From: Thermoanaerobaculia bacterium
GTDB lineage: Bacteria > Acidobacteriota > Thermoanaerobaculia > Multivoradales > Multivoraceae
Assembly: GCA_963666565.1 (NCBI GenBank)
Contig: OY762911.1
Span: 672,001 to 736,000, forward strand
DNA length: 64,000 nt
Direction of reading: 5' to 3'
The notes below the pieces were generated by a model, which had not been told where the DNA came from, did not search any database, and saw only the letters and a list, made by a program, of their open reading frames with translations. Positions 20,426 through 31,690 of the stretch are shown here, one piece after another (positions within the stretch are counted from its first letter, which is position 1; each line of letters starts with the position of its first letter). A program made the translations under genes and the position numbers.

Positions 20426-21307
20426 ATGAGCAGAATGTTGAAGTCCGGTTTGATCCAGATGTCGTTGCCGGAGGGCACCTGCGGCGACGGCGCGTCGGCC
20501 GAAGAGGTCGCCGCCACCGTGGAGGCGATGACGGCCAAGCACATTCCCTGTATCGAGGACGCGGGCCGCCAGGGCGTCCAGGTTCTCTGCCTGCAGGAGG
20601 TGTTCAACACGCCGTACTTCTGCCCCGGCCAGGACTCGAGCTGGTTCGCGGCCGCGGAGCCGGTGCCCGGCCCGGCGACGGAGCGGATGGCGGAGTACGC
20701 GCGCCGGTTCGGCATGGTCATCGTCGTGCCGGTCTACGAGCGCGAGACCGCGGGCATCCTCTACAACACGGCCGCCGTCATCGACGCCGACGGCAGCTAT
20801 CTCGGCAAGTACCGCAAGACCCACATTCCGCAGGTGGCCGGCTTCTGGGAGAAGTACTTCTTCCGCCCGGGCAACCTGGGCTACCCGGTCTTCGACACCG
20901 CCTTCGGCCGGATCGGCGTCTACATCTGCTACGACCGCCACTTCCCCGAAGGCGCCCGCGCCCTGGGCCTGGCCGGCGCCGAGATCGTCTACAACCCGTC
21001 CGCCACCGTCGCCGGGCTCTCCGACCACCTGTGGACCATCGAGCAGCCGGCCCACGCGGTCGCCAACGGCTACTTCATGGGCTGTATCAACCGGGTCGGC
21101 ACCGAGAAGCCGTGGGATCTCGGCTCCTTCTACGGCAGCAGCTACTTCGTCAGCCCCAGGGGCGAGATCGTCGCCCAGGCCTCGAAGGACCAGGACGAAC
21201 TCCTTGTCGCCGACCTCGACCTGGAGATGATCGACGAAGTGCGCTCGGTGTGGCAGTTCTACCGCGACCGCCGGCCCGAGGCCTACGAGGAACTGGTCCA
21301 GCCCTGA
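20426..21307 (+). CDS. Nitrilase-family C-N hydrolase, probable beta-ureidopropionase
   Basis: CLQE, YRKTHIP, ICYDRHFPE (E-K-C triad); adjacent to hydA. Confidence 0.9.
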   Translation: MSRMLKSGLIQMSLPEGTCGDGASAEEVAATVEAMTAKHIPCIEDAGRQGVQVLCLQEVFNTPYFCPGQDSSWFAAAEPVPGPATERMAEYARRFGMVIVVPVYERETAGILYNTAAVIDADGSYLGKYRKTHIPQVAGFWEKYFFRPGNLGYPVFDTAFGRIGVYICYDRHFPEGARALGLAGAEIVYNPSATVAGLSDHLWTIEQPAHAVANGYFMGCINRVGTEKPWDLGSFYGSSYFVSPRGEIVAQASKDQDELLVADLDLEMIDEVRSVWQFYRDRRPEAYEELVQP

Positions 21308-21441
21308 GGGCCTGGAAGGGAGCCGGCCTGACGGCCGGCGCGTTCTTCTGGCCGCCTTCGGCGGCAGCGGGTCAGAAGACCCGCGCACCGACAGGGCTGG
21401 ATAGTGCGTCGGCCCCTCCCGGCACGACGTCCAGCCCAGTC

Positions 21442-21601
21442 GGGGCAGGAGGGGTCGGCGCCCAGGTGCCTCTGAACGAGCGACTGCCGACGACGTTGCA
21501 TTGACCGATGCCCAAACGGAGCGAGTGAAGCGGAGCGAGCGCCACCCCTCCCATCTCCTCTTGAGCGCGAGCGTCAACTGGGCGTCGACCCCTCCTGCCC
21601 C
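21442..21601. repeat. MITE-like inverted-repeat element (second family), flanked by REPs
   Basis: GGGGCAGGAGGGGTCGGCGCCCAG / CTGGGCGTCGACCCCTCCTGCCCC arms; a related fragment lies at about 14880-14912. Confidence 0.6.
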
Positions 21602-21690
21602 AAGACGGGCGGGTGCGTCCTCAGCCGCTCCGCAGCGCCCGGCAGCGGGTCGGAAGACCCGCGCACCCAGTGGGCCGGACGCGGTGGGCG

Positions 21691-23070
21691 TCAGCTTGCG
21701 CGGCTCTCGATCGTGACTCGCAGGCGTTTCATCATCTCGTGCAGCGTCGTCGGCTTGACCTTCAGCCGCTCGGCGGCGCGCTTCTGGACGCCGCCGCAGG
21801 CCTGGAGGGCCTTGACGATCAGCTCGCGCTCGTAGGCGCTGACCGCCTCCTTGAACGAGACCCCCGCCTTCGGCAGGGCCACCGTCGCCGTCGCCGCCGC
21901 GGCGGGTTCCCGGAGGTTGCCGGGCAGCAGGTCGAGGCCGATCTCCTCGCCCGTCGAGAGCACGACGGCCCGCTCGATCACGTTCTCCAGTTCGCGCACG
22001 TTGCCGGGCCAACGATGTGCCATCAGCACGTCCATCGCCTCCGGAGTGAGCCGGCGAGGCGGCTTCTCGTTCTCGTTCGAGTACATGCGGAGGAAGTGCT
22101 GCGAGATCAGCGGAATGTCCTCGGCCCGCTTCGACAGGGGCGGAATCTGGATCGTGATGACGTTCAGCCGGTAGTAGAGGTCCTCGCGGAAGTCGCCCTC
22201 GGCCACCCGCTCCTCCAGGTCGGCGTTCGTCGCCGCGACCAGGCGGACGTCGGCGCGCAGGGTCTCCAGCCCGCCGAGGCGCATGAACTCCTTCTCCTGG
22301 ATCACGCGCAGCAGCTTGGACTGCGTGTCGGGCGGGATGTTTCCGATCTCGTCGAAGAAGATCGTGCCCCCGTCGGCGACCTCGAACAGCCCCTTCTTGT
22401 GCGAGACGGCGCCGGTGAAGGCGCCCTTGACGTGGCCGAACAGGGTGCTCTCCAGGAGCTCGCTGGGCATCGACCCGGAGTTCACGGTGACGAACGGCCC
22501 GTCCTTGCGCTTCGAGTTGTTGTGGATCGACTTGGCGACGAGCTCCTTGCCGGTGCCGCTCTCGCCGCGGATCAGGATGTTGCTCTTCGACGGCGCGGCC
22601 CGGCGGATCAAGTCGAACACCTGGCGGATGGACCGGCTCTTGCCGATGATGCTGTCGAACCCCTGGCGCTCGCGAAGCTGCTCCTTGAGGTCCCGGTTCT
22701 CGGCGGTCAGGCGGCGGCGCTCCAGGCCCTGGCGGATGGTGAGCCGGACCTCTTCGTTCTTGAACGGCTTCGGCAGGTAGTGGAACGCGCCCTCGCGCAT
22801 CGCCTCGATCGCGCCTTCGATCGAGGAGTAGGCGGTGATCACGACGACGACCTGGTCCGGGTCGCTCCGGCGGATGCGCCGCATGACCTCCTTGCCGTTC
22901 ATGTCCGGCAGCATCAGGTCGAGCAGCACCAGGTCGATCTCCTCCTGGCCGAGGACGGTCAGCGCCTCCTGGCCCGAGGCGCAGCAGATCGGATGGTGCC
23001 CTTCCTGCCGGATGAGGGCGGTGAGGACGTCCTGCAGGACCTCTTCGTCGTCGACGATGAGGATGTTCAT
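21691..23070 (-). CDS. Sigma-54-dependent response regulator (NtrC family)
   Basis: MNILIVDDE receiver, GESGTGKE, GAFTGA, WPGNVRELEN, C-terminal HTH. Confidence 0.95.
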   Translation of the reverse strand: MNILIVDDEEVLQDVLTALIRQEGHHPICCASGQEALTVLGQEEIDLVLLDLMLPDMNGKEVMRRIRRSDPDQVVVVITAYSSIEGAIEAMREGAFHYLPKPFKNEEVRLTIRQGLERRRLTAENRDLKEQLRERQGFDSIIGKSRSIRQVFDLIRRAAPSKSNILIRGESGTGKELVAKSIHNNSKRKDGPFVTVNSGSMPSELLESTLFGHVKGAFTGAVSHKKGLFEVADGGTIFFDEIGNIPPDTQSKLLRVIQEKEFMRLGGLETLRADVRLVAATNADLEERVAEGDFREDLYYRLNVITIQIPPLSKRAEDIPLISQHFLRMYSNENEKPPRRLTPEAMDVLMAHRWPGNVRELENVIERAVVLSTGEEIGLDLLPGNLREPAAAATATVALPKAGVSFKEAVSAYERELIVKALQACGGVQKRAAERLKVKPTTLHEMMKRLRVTIESRAS

Positions 23071-25928
23071 TCGTCGTTCTCCTTCGACCGGGCCGGGCGG
23101 CGCATTCCCGGCAGGCGGAGCGCGAGGCGGCAGCCGCCGGACGGGAGGTTCGAGGCCGCCAGTTCGCCGCCGTGGCGACGGACGATCTCCTGGCTGATCG
23201 ACAGGCCGAGGCCGGTGCCGCCGGCGGCCTTGCGGGTGGAGAAGAAGGGCTCGAAAACGCGGTCGAGGCGCCGCTCGGGGATGCCGGGTCCGGTGTCGTC
23301 GATGAACACCTCGACCGTGCCGCCCGGCCGCCGTCCCCGTGCCCGCCGGCGGTCGCGGGCGCCGGATCCCGGTTCGCGCGGGGACGCGCCGGCCGAATCG
23401 CGGACCGAGAGCGAGAGCCGCCTCTCGGCGCAGCCCGCCTCCGTCATCGCCTCGACGGCGTTGGTCATCAGGTTGACGAGCACCTGGCCGAGTTCCGTGT
23501 CGTTGCCGGGCACCCAAGCCGCGGCGTGCGGGCCGAGGTCCACCCGGAGTTCGACGCCGGCTTCGGCGAGCCGCTCGGCCAGCGCCTCGCAGCTCTCCCG
23601 GACCACGGCGCCCAGGTCGACCGGCGCCGGTTCGTGCCGGCCGCGGCGCGCGAAGTCCAGAAGCGTGTTGACGATGCGGGCGGCCCGGAAGGTCTGGCGT
23701 TCGACCTTGCGCAGGAGCCGCCGGCGCGGATCCCGGTCGGGAGTCTCGGCCAGCAGCATCTGGGCGTAGCTGGAGATGCCGGTCAGCGGTGTGTTCACCT
23801 CGTGGGCGACGCCGGCGGCCATCGCCCCGAGCGCCGCCAGCCGTTCCTTCTCCGCCAGCTCCTTCTTCATCGCGACCCGCTCGGTGACGTCGTGGGCCAC
23901 GACCACCCGGTGGCCGGGCGCGGCGCCCTGGAACGCCGCGACGGACAACTGGAGGAACCTCTCCCCGCGCCGCGGATCCTCGAACGGCGCCTCGACGGGC
24001 GGGTCGTCCAGCCCCGGCAGCAGGCGGAGAGGAATCAGGTCGCCGAGCGCGCGGCCGGCGACGGCGCCGCGACCGAGGCCCGCGAGCGCCGCGAAGGCGC
24101 GGTTCGCCGTCACGATCCGGTTCGTCCGGTCGATGACCGCGATGCCGGCCGGCGAGGACTCGATGATCTCCTCGCTGAACTGCTTCAGCTCGGAGACCCG
24201 GTTCAACTGCCGCTGCCGCTGCTCGAGCAGTTGCGCGTTCTCGATCGCCAGGACCGCCTGGTTCAGAAGCTGGCGGATCAGGGTCAGGTCGTCGGTGGAG
24301 AGCGGCGCGCCGCCGGCGCGCCGGCCGACGTAGAGCAGACCGACCCGGCGGTCGCGCACCTCGAGCGGGAAGACGTAGTGATAGCCGAGCACCGCCAGGC
24401 GCGGGTAGCCGCTGTCGGCGACGTCGGCCAGCGGCGCCCGCGAGAGAGCCCGGTGCGGCTGGCGCCAGATGGAGGGATCGATTTCGGCCAGCCGCAGGTC
24501 GGGCGCCTCGGACTCTTCCCGCACCGGCGCCAGACGGTCGCCTTCGACCAGGAACAGATTGCTCCGCTCCAGGCTGAGGCCCTCTTCCAGTTCGCGCAGC
24601 AAGCTCGACGCGAGCCGCCCGAGATCCCTTTCGTGCAGCAGCTCGTCGCCGAGTCTCGCGAGCGCGCGGCGGCTGCGCTGGGCGCGGTACTGGAGCCGCT
24701 GGAGACTCGATCCGATGCCCTGCTTCACCGGGATCGAGAGGGTGCCCACGACGAGCAGGGCGCTGGCATTCAGGAAGCCCCTGGCAACCGCCATGTCCTG
24801 GGGCACGCCGCGGCGGATCAGCAGGCTGAGCAGGGAGAAGCCGAGCACGGCGAGCAGCACCGTGAGCGCGTAGGTGGCGACATCGCGGGCGATCACGGCC
24901 ACGTCCCAGAGCCGGTAGCGGAGCAGGGCGTAGGCGAAGCTCAGCGGAACCAGTGCCAGCGGCGCCACCGCGAGGGCATCGAGCCAGGCGGGCGCCGGCA
25001 GGGCGAGCGCGAAGGGCGCGGCGTAGAGCAGCAGAAACGGCACGTAGCCGCCGGCGACGCCGAAGGCGATCCACTGGGTCTGCCGTCCCTGCTCCCAGTC
25101 CCGCCGCGACAGCAGCCGGCGGCCCAGCACCGCGGCCGCGGCGAGGGCGAAGGCCACCAGCAGCAGAAGTTCGACGCGGTCCTGCCGCTCCAGGGCGGCG
25201 GCCGAGAGCTCGCCGGCCAGCCGCCCGGCGCCGAAGATCCGGTCGAGCTGCAGCGCCAGCAGCGCGGCCGCCGGCAGGTAGAGCCAAGGTACCGCGCGGC
25301 GCGCCCAGGGGGAGGTCGGGCGCACCGGGAACACGAGGAAGAAGTGCAGCGTAAGCGGCGGCAGCAGCAGCCGGCAGACGCCGTCGACGAGGAAGAACAG
25401 GCGGTCGATCGCGTCGTAGGGCACGACCGGCGTCACCAGGTAGAGAGCGGCCGACGTCAGGGCCCACAGGTGGAACAGGAGCGTCTGCCGGCTGCGCTGG
25501 CGGCTCAGCGTGTAGAGCCCGATCAGCAGGTAGGCGATCCCGGTCAGAGCGAGGACGATGTACGCCCAGTCCAGGCTCAGGCCGGGCAGCCGGTGCAGCG
25601 CCGTGACGAGTTCCTCGCCGTCCTCTGTCTCGCGGAGCACCTGCAGGTCGCTCTCCGCGCGCCGGCGCAGCAGGCGCTCCAGCTCGCCGGCCGACAGCGG
25701 CGCTTCGCCGTTCGCCAGGACGATGACGTCGCCGGGAAGAAGCTCCGACTCCTCGGCGGCGGCGAGCACCCGCAACTCGGCGCCGGCCGGCTCGACCGTC
25801 AGACCGACCTCCTGGAACGAGGTCACCTTGCGGCCCATCGAGAAGCCGCCCAGGCCGACGACGAGGATCGTCGCGAGCAGCAGCGCGGCGGTCAGGCCGA
25901 GCCGGGCGGGTCGGGACTCGATGCGCAT
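23067..25928 (-). CDS. Membrane sensor histidine kinase (PDZ-like, multi-TM, GAF, PAS)
   Basis: AHEVNTPL H-box, NLMTNA, DTGPGI, FEPFFSTR, GTGLGL; ATGA overlap with the regulator. Confidence 0.93.
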   Translation of the reverse strand: MRIESRPARLGLTAALLLATILVVGLGGFSMGRKVTSFQEVGLTVEPAGAELRVLAAAEESELLPGDVIVLANGEAPLSAGELERLLRRRAESDLQVLRETEDGEELVTALHRLPGLSLDWAYIVLALTGIAYLLIGLYTLSRQRSRQTLLFHLWALTSAALYLVTPVVPYDAIDRLFFLVDGVCRLLLPPLTLHFFLVFPVRPTSPWARRAVPWLYLPAAALLALQLDRIFGAGRLAGELSAAALERQDRVELLLLVAFALAAAAVLGRRLLSRRDWEQGRQTQWIAFGVAGGYVPFLLLYAAPFALALPAPAWLDALAVAPLALVPLSFAYALLRYRLWDVAVIARDVATYALTVLLAVLGFSLLSLLIRRGVPQDMAVARGFLNASALLVVGTLSIPVKQGIGSSLQRLQYRAQRSRRALARLGDELLHERDLGRLASSLLRELEEGLSLERSNLFLVEGDRLAPVREESEAPDLRLAEIDPSIWRQPHRALSRAPLADVADSGYPRLAVLGYHYVFPLEVRDRRVGLLYVGRRAGGAPLSTDDLTLIRQLLNQAVLAIENAQLLEQRQRQLNRVSELKQFSEEIIESSPAGIAVIDRTNRIVTANRAFAALAGLGRGAVAGRALGDLIPLRLLPGLDDPPVEAPFEDPRRGERFLQLSVAAFQGAAPGHRVVVAHDVTERVAMKKELAEKERLAALGAMAAGVAHEVNTPLTGISSYAQMLLAETPDRDPRRRLLRKVERQTFRAARIVNTLLDFARRGRHEPAPVDLGAVVRESCEALAERLAEAGVELRVDLGPHAAAWVPGNDTELGQVLVNLMTNAVEAMTEAGCAERRLSLSVRDSAGASPREPGSGARDRRRARGRRPGGTVEVFIDDTGPGIPERRLDRVFEPFFSTRKAAGGTGLGLSISQEIVRRHGGELAASNLPSGGCRLALRLPGMRRPARSKENDE

Positions 25929-26013
25929 CGCTGGACGGGTCGTGGCGGCTGTGTGTCTTCCGTGCCTCAGTCGCGGCCGGCAGGCCGTCTCCGGGGCAAT
26001 TCAGCTTCTTGGA

Positions 26014-26030
26014 AGCACGTCCCGTGCCGG
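26014..26030 (-). promoter_or_regulatory. Putative sigma-54 (-24/-12) promoter
   Basis: Minus strand CCGGCACGGGACGTGCT (GG-N10-GC) about 85 nt upstream of the kinase start. Confidence 0.5.
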
Positions 26031-26140
26031 AACCGGACCGCGGCTATTCGCCTGATTCTAAGCCAGTTCAGGCGGATCCCGGTACCGCCGGGATCCAACC
26101 CGTTGATTCCGCTCCGGTTCCCTGAATCGCACCGAGCGCG

Positions 26141-26290
26141 CTGGGTGCGCGGGTCTTCCGACCCGCTCCGGGCGGCGCCGCAAAGCGGTGCAGCCCGAAC
26201 AAAGTAGCCGCCGGCCTTTGGCCGGCGACGATGTTGGACGCCGCCTGCGGCGGAAGCGGGTCGGAAGACCCGCGCACCCAGCGCACCCAG
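26141..26290. repeat. REPIN-like inverted pair of REP palindromes
   Basis: CTGGGTGCGCGGGTCTTCCGACCCGC ... GCGGGTCGGAAGACCCGCGCACCCAG; the spacer resembles those of other pairs. Confidence 0.85.
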
Positions 26291-27175
26291 CTACAAACGC
26301 CGCAAGGTCAGTACCCGCGGAATCCCCGCCAGGTCGGCGATCGCCCACTCCTCCTCGAAGCCGCCCCGCTCCGCCATCTCCCGCACCGCGTCGAGCTGGC
26401 CCTTGCCGATCTCCAGCAGCAGCCTCTGGCCGGCACGCAGGAAGCCGCCCGCCGCCAGCAGGCGGCGGTAGAACTCCAGGCCGTCGCCGGCAAGCAGGGC
26501 CTCGGGCGGCTCGTGGTCGCGGACTTCGGGCATCAGCGACGCCCACTCGCCGGCGTCGATGTACGGCGGGTTCGAGACGACCACGTCGAACGCTCCCGGC
26601 CGCAGCCCCGCCAGCAGGTCGGCCCGCACCAGGCGCACCCGGTCGCCGACGCCGTGCCGCCGGCAGTTCGCGGCCGCGACCGCCAGCGCGCCGGCCGAGA
26701 CATCCGTCGCGACCACCCGGCTGCCGGGCCGCTCCAGCGCCACCGTGACCGCGATGCAGCCGCAGCCGGCGCCGACGTCGAGCACCCTGGCGGCGCCGTC
26801 GCCGATGCAGTTCAGCGCCGCCTCCACCAGGTGCTCCGTCTCCGGCCTCGGGATCAGCACGCGCGGGTCGACGGCGAAGGTCCGCCCGTAGAACTCGCGC
26901 CGCCCCAGCAGATAGGCGACCGGAACCCGGTCCGCCCGGCGGCGGATCAACTGGCCGTAGCTCACCGCGGCAGGCTCGGCCACGTCGTCGTCGGCGCGGG
27001 CGTAGAGCTGCGCCTCCGCCAGCCCCAGCACCTCGCCGAGCAGCAGCGCCGCCTCCCGCCGAGGCTGCTCCACCAGGCCGGCGAGGTGCTCCCGCCCCAG
27101 GTCGAGCAGGTCGACGATGCGGGCCGTGCGGGCGGCGCGGTCCGCCCCGGCCTGGGGCTTCGGGCTGTCCGGCAT
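26291..27175 (-). CDS. prmC: Release factor glutamine methyltransferase
   Basis: LIPRPETE, LDVGAGCG, SNPPY; follows prfA. Confidence 0.95.
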   Translation of the reverse strand: MPDSPKPQAGADRAARTARIVDLLDLGREHLAGLVEQPRREAALLLGEVLGLAEAQLYARADDDVAEPAAVSYGQLIRRRADRVPVAYLLGRREFYGRTFAVDPRVLIPRPETEHLVEAALNCIGDGAARVLDVGAGCGCIAVTVALERPGSRVVATDVSAGALAVAAANCRRHGVGDRVRLVRADLLAGLRPGAFDVVVSNPPYIDAGEWASLMPEVRDHEPPEALLAGDGLEFYRRLLAAGGFLRAGQRLLLEIGKGQLDAVREMAERGGFEEEWAIADLAGIPRVLTLRRL

Positions 27176-27219
27176 CCGGGCTCTGCCGAGTTGCGGGGGC
27201 GGTTGCGGGCGCTGCGCGC

Positions 27220-28305
27220 TCAGACCCGGTCGGCGTCGCCCGTCTGCCGCAGCCTCTCCGCCTCGAAGTGCTGCTGCACCGGCACGATCAGCGGTTCGAG
27301 GTCGCCCTCGAGGATCGACGGCAGCTTGTGGACGGACAGCCCCACGCGGTGGTCCGTCACCCGGTTCTGGGGGAAGTTGTAGGTGCGGATCTTCTCCGAG
27401 CGGTCGCCGCTGCCGACCATCCGCCGGCGCTCCTCGCCCATCTCGGCGCTTGCCCTCGCCTCCTCGATCTCCAGCAGGCGGCTCTTCAGCACCCGCATCG
27501 CCTTCGCCTTGTTCTTGATCTGGCTGCGCTCGTCCTGGCAGGTGACGACCAGCCCGGTCGGCTGGTGGGTCAGCCGGACCGCCGAGTAGGTCGTGTTGAC
27601 GCCCTGGCCGCCGGGGCCGGATGCGCAGTATGTGTCCACGCGCAGGTCGGAGGGCTCGATCTCGATCTCGATGTCCTCCGCCTCCGGCAGCACGGCGACC
27701 GTCACCGCCGAGGTGTGGATGCGGCCGGAAGCCTCCGTCTCGGGCACCCGCTGGACGCGGTGGACGCCCGCCTCGTAGCGCAGCGTCGCGAACGCGCCGC
27801 GGCCCTCGACGATCGCCGACACCTCCTTGATGCCCCGGATGCCGGACTCCGAGAGGTCGAGGATGTCGACCTTCCAGCCGTGATCGCCGGCGTAGCGGCT
27901 GTACATACGGAACAGTTCGGCCGCGAACAGGGTCGCCTCGTCGCCGCCGGTGCCGGCGCGGATCTCAAGCACCGCGTTGCGTTTCTCGTTCGGGTCCTTC
28001 GGCGCGAGTTCCTCCCGGATCGTCTCCTCGATCGACGCGACCGTCTCCTCCAGCAGGCCCTTCTCCTCGGCCGCCATCTCGTACAGGTCGTCGCTGCGGT
28101 CGAGTTCGCCCAGGAGTTCCGCTGTCTGGTCGAGCTCCTCCTTCGTCTTCCGGTACCGCTGGTAAAGCTCGACGACCGGGTTCAGCTCGGCCAGCGCCCG
28201 GCTCGTGTCGCGAAAGAGGCCGGGGTTGGCGAGCACGTCCGGATCGGCGAGCTTCACCGTCAACTCGTCGTACGTCCGCTCAATCCGTTCGAGTTTGTCG
28301 AGCAT
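27220..28305 (-). CDS. prfA: Peptide chain release factor 1
   Basis: [17 protein letters not shown] (PxT), [13 protein letters not shown]. Confidence 0.97.
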   Translation of the reverse strand: MLDKLERIERTYDELTVKLADPDVLANPGLFRDTSRALAELNPVVELYQRYRKTKEELDQTAELLGELDRSDDLYEMAAEEKGLLEETVASIEETIREELAPKDPNEKRNAVLEIRAGTGGDEATLFAAELFRMYSRYAGDHGWKVDILDLSESGIRGIKEVSAIVEGRGAFATLRYEAGVHRVQRVPETEASGRIHTSAVTVAVLPEAEDIEIEIEPSDLRVDTYCASGPGGQGVNTTYSAVRLTHQPTGLVVTCQDERSQIKNKAKAMRVLKSRLLEIEEARASAEMGEERRRMVGSGDRSEKIRTYNFPQNRVTDHRVGLSVHKLPSILEGDLEPLIVPVQQHFEAERLRQTGDADRV

Positions 28306-28440
28306 CGTCCCGTCCTCTCGGCGGCCCGTCGACCGGCGCCGCGGCTGCCGCTCGGCGGCAACTCTCGCTATCCTGACACGGAAGCGGCCCTCCGGCCGCG
28401 CCTGGAATCGCCAACCGGCCTCGCCGGTTACCCGGATCTT

Positions 28441-30696
28441 ATGGCCCTTCACCTCTGGACGCTGCCGCTCCTGGTCCTGGCCGCCGCCCAGGATCCACGA
28501 ATCCGGCTCGTCGATCTCCAGGCCGCGGGAGATCCGGAGGCCGCGCTTGAGGAGACCCGCCGGCTTCGCGCCGAAGAGCCGGACTTCGGCGGCAGGCACG
28601 GCCTCTGCTACCTGGAGGGGCACCTGCTGGAAGAGCTCGGACGGACCGAGGACGCGTCCGAATCCTTCGCCACCTGCCTGACCGAGACGCCTTCGCTGGA
28701 GCCCTGGGCCCGCCACCGCCTCGCCGCGGGCCAGATGCGGCTCGGCTACCCGGAGATCGCCGCCGGGGTCACTGCCACCCTGCTCGGCGGCCAGCCGCCC
28801 CGGGTCCTGGTGCAGCCCGCGGCCGAGCTGCTCGCCGCGAGCCTCGACCTCGGCGGCGACTGCAGGCTCCTCGGCGGCATCGCCACGTCGCGACTGCCGG
28901 CGCCCGAACGCCGCCTGCTGACCCTCAGCCGGGCCAAGTGCCGCCTCGCCGCCGGCGAACCGGAGGAGGGGGCCGGCGAACTGACCGCGCTGCTCCGGGA
29001 ACGGGCCAACGACCTCGTCGCCTTCGAGGCCGCCGACCTCCTGCACCGGCTGCGCCCCGCCCTGGAGAACCGCCAGGAGGTGCTGCTGCTCGGCAACACG
29101 TTCCACGAGCACGGCGTCTTCGACCGCTCGAACGAACTCCTCGGCCGGATCGTTGTCGACCTGGAGGTCCAGTCGAACTCCGACTTCGAGATCCACTACC
29201 GCTGGGCCCGCAGCCACTTCCGGCAGGGCCGGCTGGAGGACGCCGCCCAGCACTACGAGCTGCTGGCCGCCAACGTCTCCTCGCCGCGCCAGTCGGGGCA
29301 GGCGCTCTACCAGAAGGCGCGGTCGGAAGAGCTCGCCGGCGACTGGATCGCGGCGGCCGCCGACTACCGCCGCGCCTACCTGGCCGATCCTCAGGGCAAC
29401 TACTCCGTGGCGGCGCTGCTCGGCGCGATGCGCCTCGAGTGGCGGCGCGGGCTCGAGGAGGAGGCGCTCGATCTCTACTCCGTGCTGCTCCAGCTCCGGC
29501 ACGACCGCGCGGTACAGGCCCGCGCCAGCCTCTTCCTCGCCGCGTCCGACATCGTCCAGGGCCGGACGGACCGCGCCGGCGACTGGCTCGACGACGCCGT
29601 CCGGGCCAGCCGCAGCGTCGGCTTCGAGGCGCGCTACTGGCGGGGCCGGCTCGACGAGGCTCGCGGCGCGCTCGACCGCGCCATCGAGACCTACGCGGAC
29701 GTGCTCGCCGCCGACCTCTTCCACCCGCTGGCCCGCGAGGCGGAGAAGCGTCTGGCCGCCGAGCCCCTGCGGGCCTACGTCCGGCGCACCGCCGGCGAGT
29801 TCGCCCGTTCGGAGGACCCGGCCCGGCTCTACCGCGCCTGGCTGCTCCACGGCCGGCAGGGCGACGAAGCCGAGGCCGCGCGCCAGGTCCTCCAGGGCCG
29901 CCTGGCCGCGGATCCGGCGGTGCGTTCGTTCTTCGGCCTGCGGAGCGTGCCGCCCGGCGAGTGGCCGCTGTGGGACCGGCCCGTCTCGAACCCGCAGGAA
30001 CTGCTGCTCGCCCTCGGCCTGTGGGGCGACGCGGCCGAGGTCGTCGACCGGCACTTCCCGGTGGCGAACCCGCGCCTGGCCCTCACCGCGGTGGAGGGGC
30101 TGGCCGCGGCCCGGCCCCGGCGCGCCCTGCTGATCGCCGAGATCCTCGCCCAGCGGGCGCCGCGCCGCGTGCCGGAACCGCTCCATCCGCTGACCATGCG
30201 CCGCGCGCTCTACCCCGCCGCCTACGGCGAACTGATCGCCGCGGCCGCCGCCCGGCGCGGCCTGGACCCCTTCCTGATCGCCGGGATCATGCGCCAGGAG
30301 AGCCGCTTCGACCGACAGGCGGTGTCGGCGGCCTCGGCGCGGGGCCTGATGCAGTTCGTTTTCCCCACCGCGGCGCGGCTCGCGGCGAACGCCGGCCGCC
30401 CGCTCGCGACGCCGCGCGAACTGGAGGACCCGGCCTTCGCGATCGAACTCGGCGCCTCCTACCTGGCCGAGCTGCGTTCGCTGTTCGGCAACGAGCAGCA
30501 CGTCATCCTGGCCGCCTACAACGCGGGCGAGGCCCAGGCCGCCCTCTGGCAGCGCCACTGCTACACAAACGGCGCCGACGAGTACTTCACCAAGGTCGGC
30601 TTCCGCGAGACCCGCAACTACCTGGAGCGCGTACTGCACAACGTGGCGCAATACCACGACCTCTACGGCCAGGGCCCGGGCCAGGGCGGCCCATGA
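28441..30696 (+). CDS. TPR-containing soluble lytic transglycosylase
   Basis: [25 protein letters not shown]; helical repeat N-terminus. Confidence 0.9.
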   Translation: MALHLWTLPLLVLAAAQDPRIRLVDLQAAGDPEAALEETRRLRAEEPDFGGRHGLCYLEGHLLEELGRTEDASESFATCLTETPSLEPWARHRLAAGQMRLGYPEIAAGVTATLLGGQPPRVLVQPAAELLAASLDLGGDCRLLGGIATSRLPAPERRLLTLSRAKCRLAAGEPEEGAGELTALLRERANDLVAFEAADLLHRLRPALENRQEVLLLGNTFHEHGVFDRSNELLGRIVVDLEVQSNSDFEIHYRWARSHFRQGRLEDAAQHYELLAANVSSPRQSGQALYQKARSEELAGDWIAAAADYRRAYLADPQGNYSVAALLGAMRLEWRRGLEEEALDLYSVLLQLRHDRAVQARASLFLAASDIVQGRTDRAGDWLDDAVRASRSVGFEARYWRGRLDEARGALDRAIETYADVLAADLFHPLAREAEKRLAAEPLRAYVRRTAGEFARSEDPARLYRAWLLHGRQGDEAEAARQVLQGRLAADPAVRSFFGLRSVPPGEWPLWDRPVSNPQELLLALGLWGDAAEVVDRHFPVANPRLALTAVEGLAAARPRRALLIAEILAQRAPRRVPEPLHPLTMRRALYPAAYGELIAAAAARRGLDPFLIAGIMRQESRFDRQAVSAASARGLMQFVFPTAARLAANAGRPLATPRELEDPAFAIELGASYLAELRSLFGNEQHVILAAYNAGEAQAALWQRHCYTNGADEYFTKVGFRETRNYLERVLHNVAQYHDLYGQGPGQGGP

Positions 30697-31493
30697 GCGA
30701 AGACGAACCGCCCGCGCCGCCGGGTGCGCGGGTCTTCCGACCCGCATCCGGGCGAAGCCGCGAAGCGCGAGCGCCCGCGGCCGCCGGCCGGCTGCGCGTC
30801 GTCGCCACGCCCATCGGCAACCTGGCCGACCTCTCGCCGCGCGCCCGCGAGGCGCTGCTCTCCGCCGACCTCGTCGCCTGCGAGGACACGCGCCGCACCG
30901 GCCGGCTGTTCCAGAGCCTCGGCGCGGCCGGCGGCGAGCGGCGGCCGCCGCTGCTGCCGCTGCACGACCACAACGAAGACCGGCAGATCGCCCGCGTGCT
31001 GGAGCGGCTCGAGCGGGGCGGCGCCGTGGCGCTGGTTTCGGACGCCGGCACGCCGCTCGTCTCCGACCCGGGCTACCGCCTGGTGCGCGCCGCCGTCGAG
31101 CGGGCCATCCCGGTCGAGACGCTGCCTGGACCGTCGGCGATCCTGGCCGCGCTCGTCGTCAGCGGCCTGCCGCCGTACCCGTTCACCTTCCTGGGCTTTC
31201 CGCCGCCCCGGCAGGGGAAGCGCCGGCGCTTCTTCGAGGCGCACGCCGGGCTGGCGCACACGGTCGTGTTCTTCGAGTCGCCGCGGCGGGCCGCCGTCTC
31301 GCTCGCCGACGCCGCGGCCGTCTTCGGCGAGGAGCGCCGCGCCGCCGTGGCCCGCGAACTGACGAAGCTGCACGAAGAGGTGATGCGCGGGCCGCTGGCG
31401 GAGCTTGCCGCCGAGGTTGCCGAGCGCGGCAAGCTCCGAGGCGAAGTGACCGTCGTCGTCGGCCGCGCCGGACTGGGTACGCGGGTCCTCTGA
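30693..31493 (+). CDS. rsmI: 16S rRNA C1402 2'-O-methyltransferase
   Basis: [39 protein letters not shown]; REP-derived N-terminus. Confidence 0.93.
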   Translation: MSEDEPPAPPGARVFRPASGRSREARAPAAAGRLRVVATPIGNLADLSPRAREALLSADLVACEDTRRTGRLFQSLGAAGGERRPPLLPLHDHNEDRQIARVLERLERGGAVALVSDAGTPLVSDPGYRLVRAAVERAIPVETLPGPSAILAALVVSGLPPYPFTFLGFPPPRQGKRRRFFEAHAGLAHTVVFFESPRRAAVSLADAAAVFGEERRAAVARELTKLHEEVMRGPLAELAAEVAERGKLRGEVTVVVGRAGLGTRVL

Positions 31494-31690
31494 CCCGCTG
31501 GGTGCGCGGGTCCTCTGACCCGCTGGGTGCGCGGGTCTTCTGACCCGCTTTCGGGCGCAGCCGCGAAGCGGCGGAGACCGGAGAAAAGTGGACGCCGGCC
31601 GAAGGCCGGCGACGTTATGAGCGCCGCCTGCGGCGACAGCGGGTCAGAAGACCCGCGCACCCGGCGGTCAGGAAGACCCGCGCACCGGGT
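31474..31690. repeat. REP cluster / REPIN (3 forward, 2 reverse copies)
   Basis: Tandem GGGT(A/G)CGCGGGTC(C/T)TCTGACCCGC followed by inverted copies. Confidence 0.85.
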
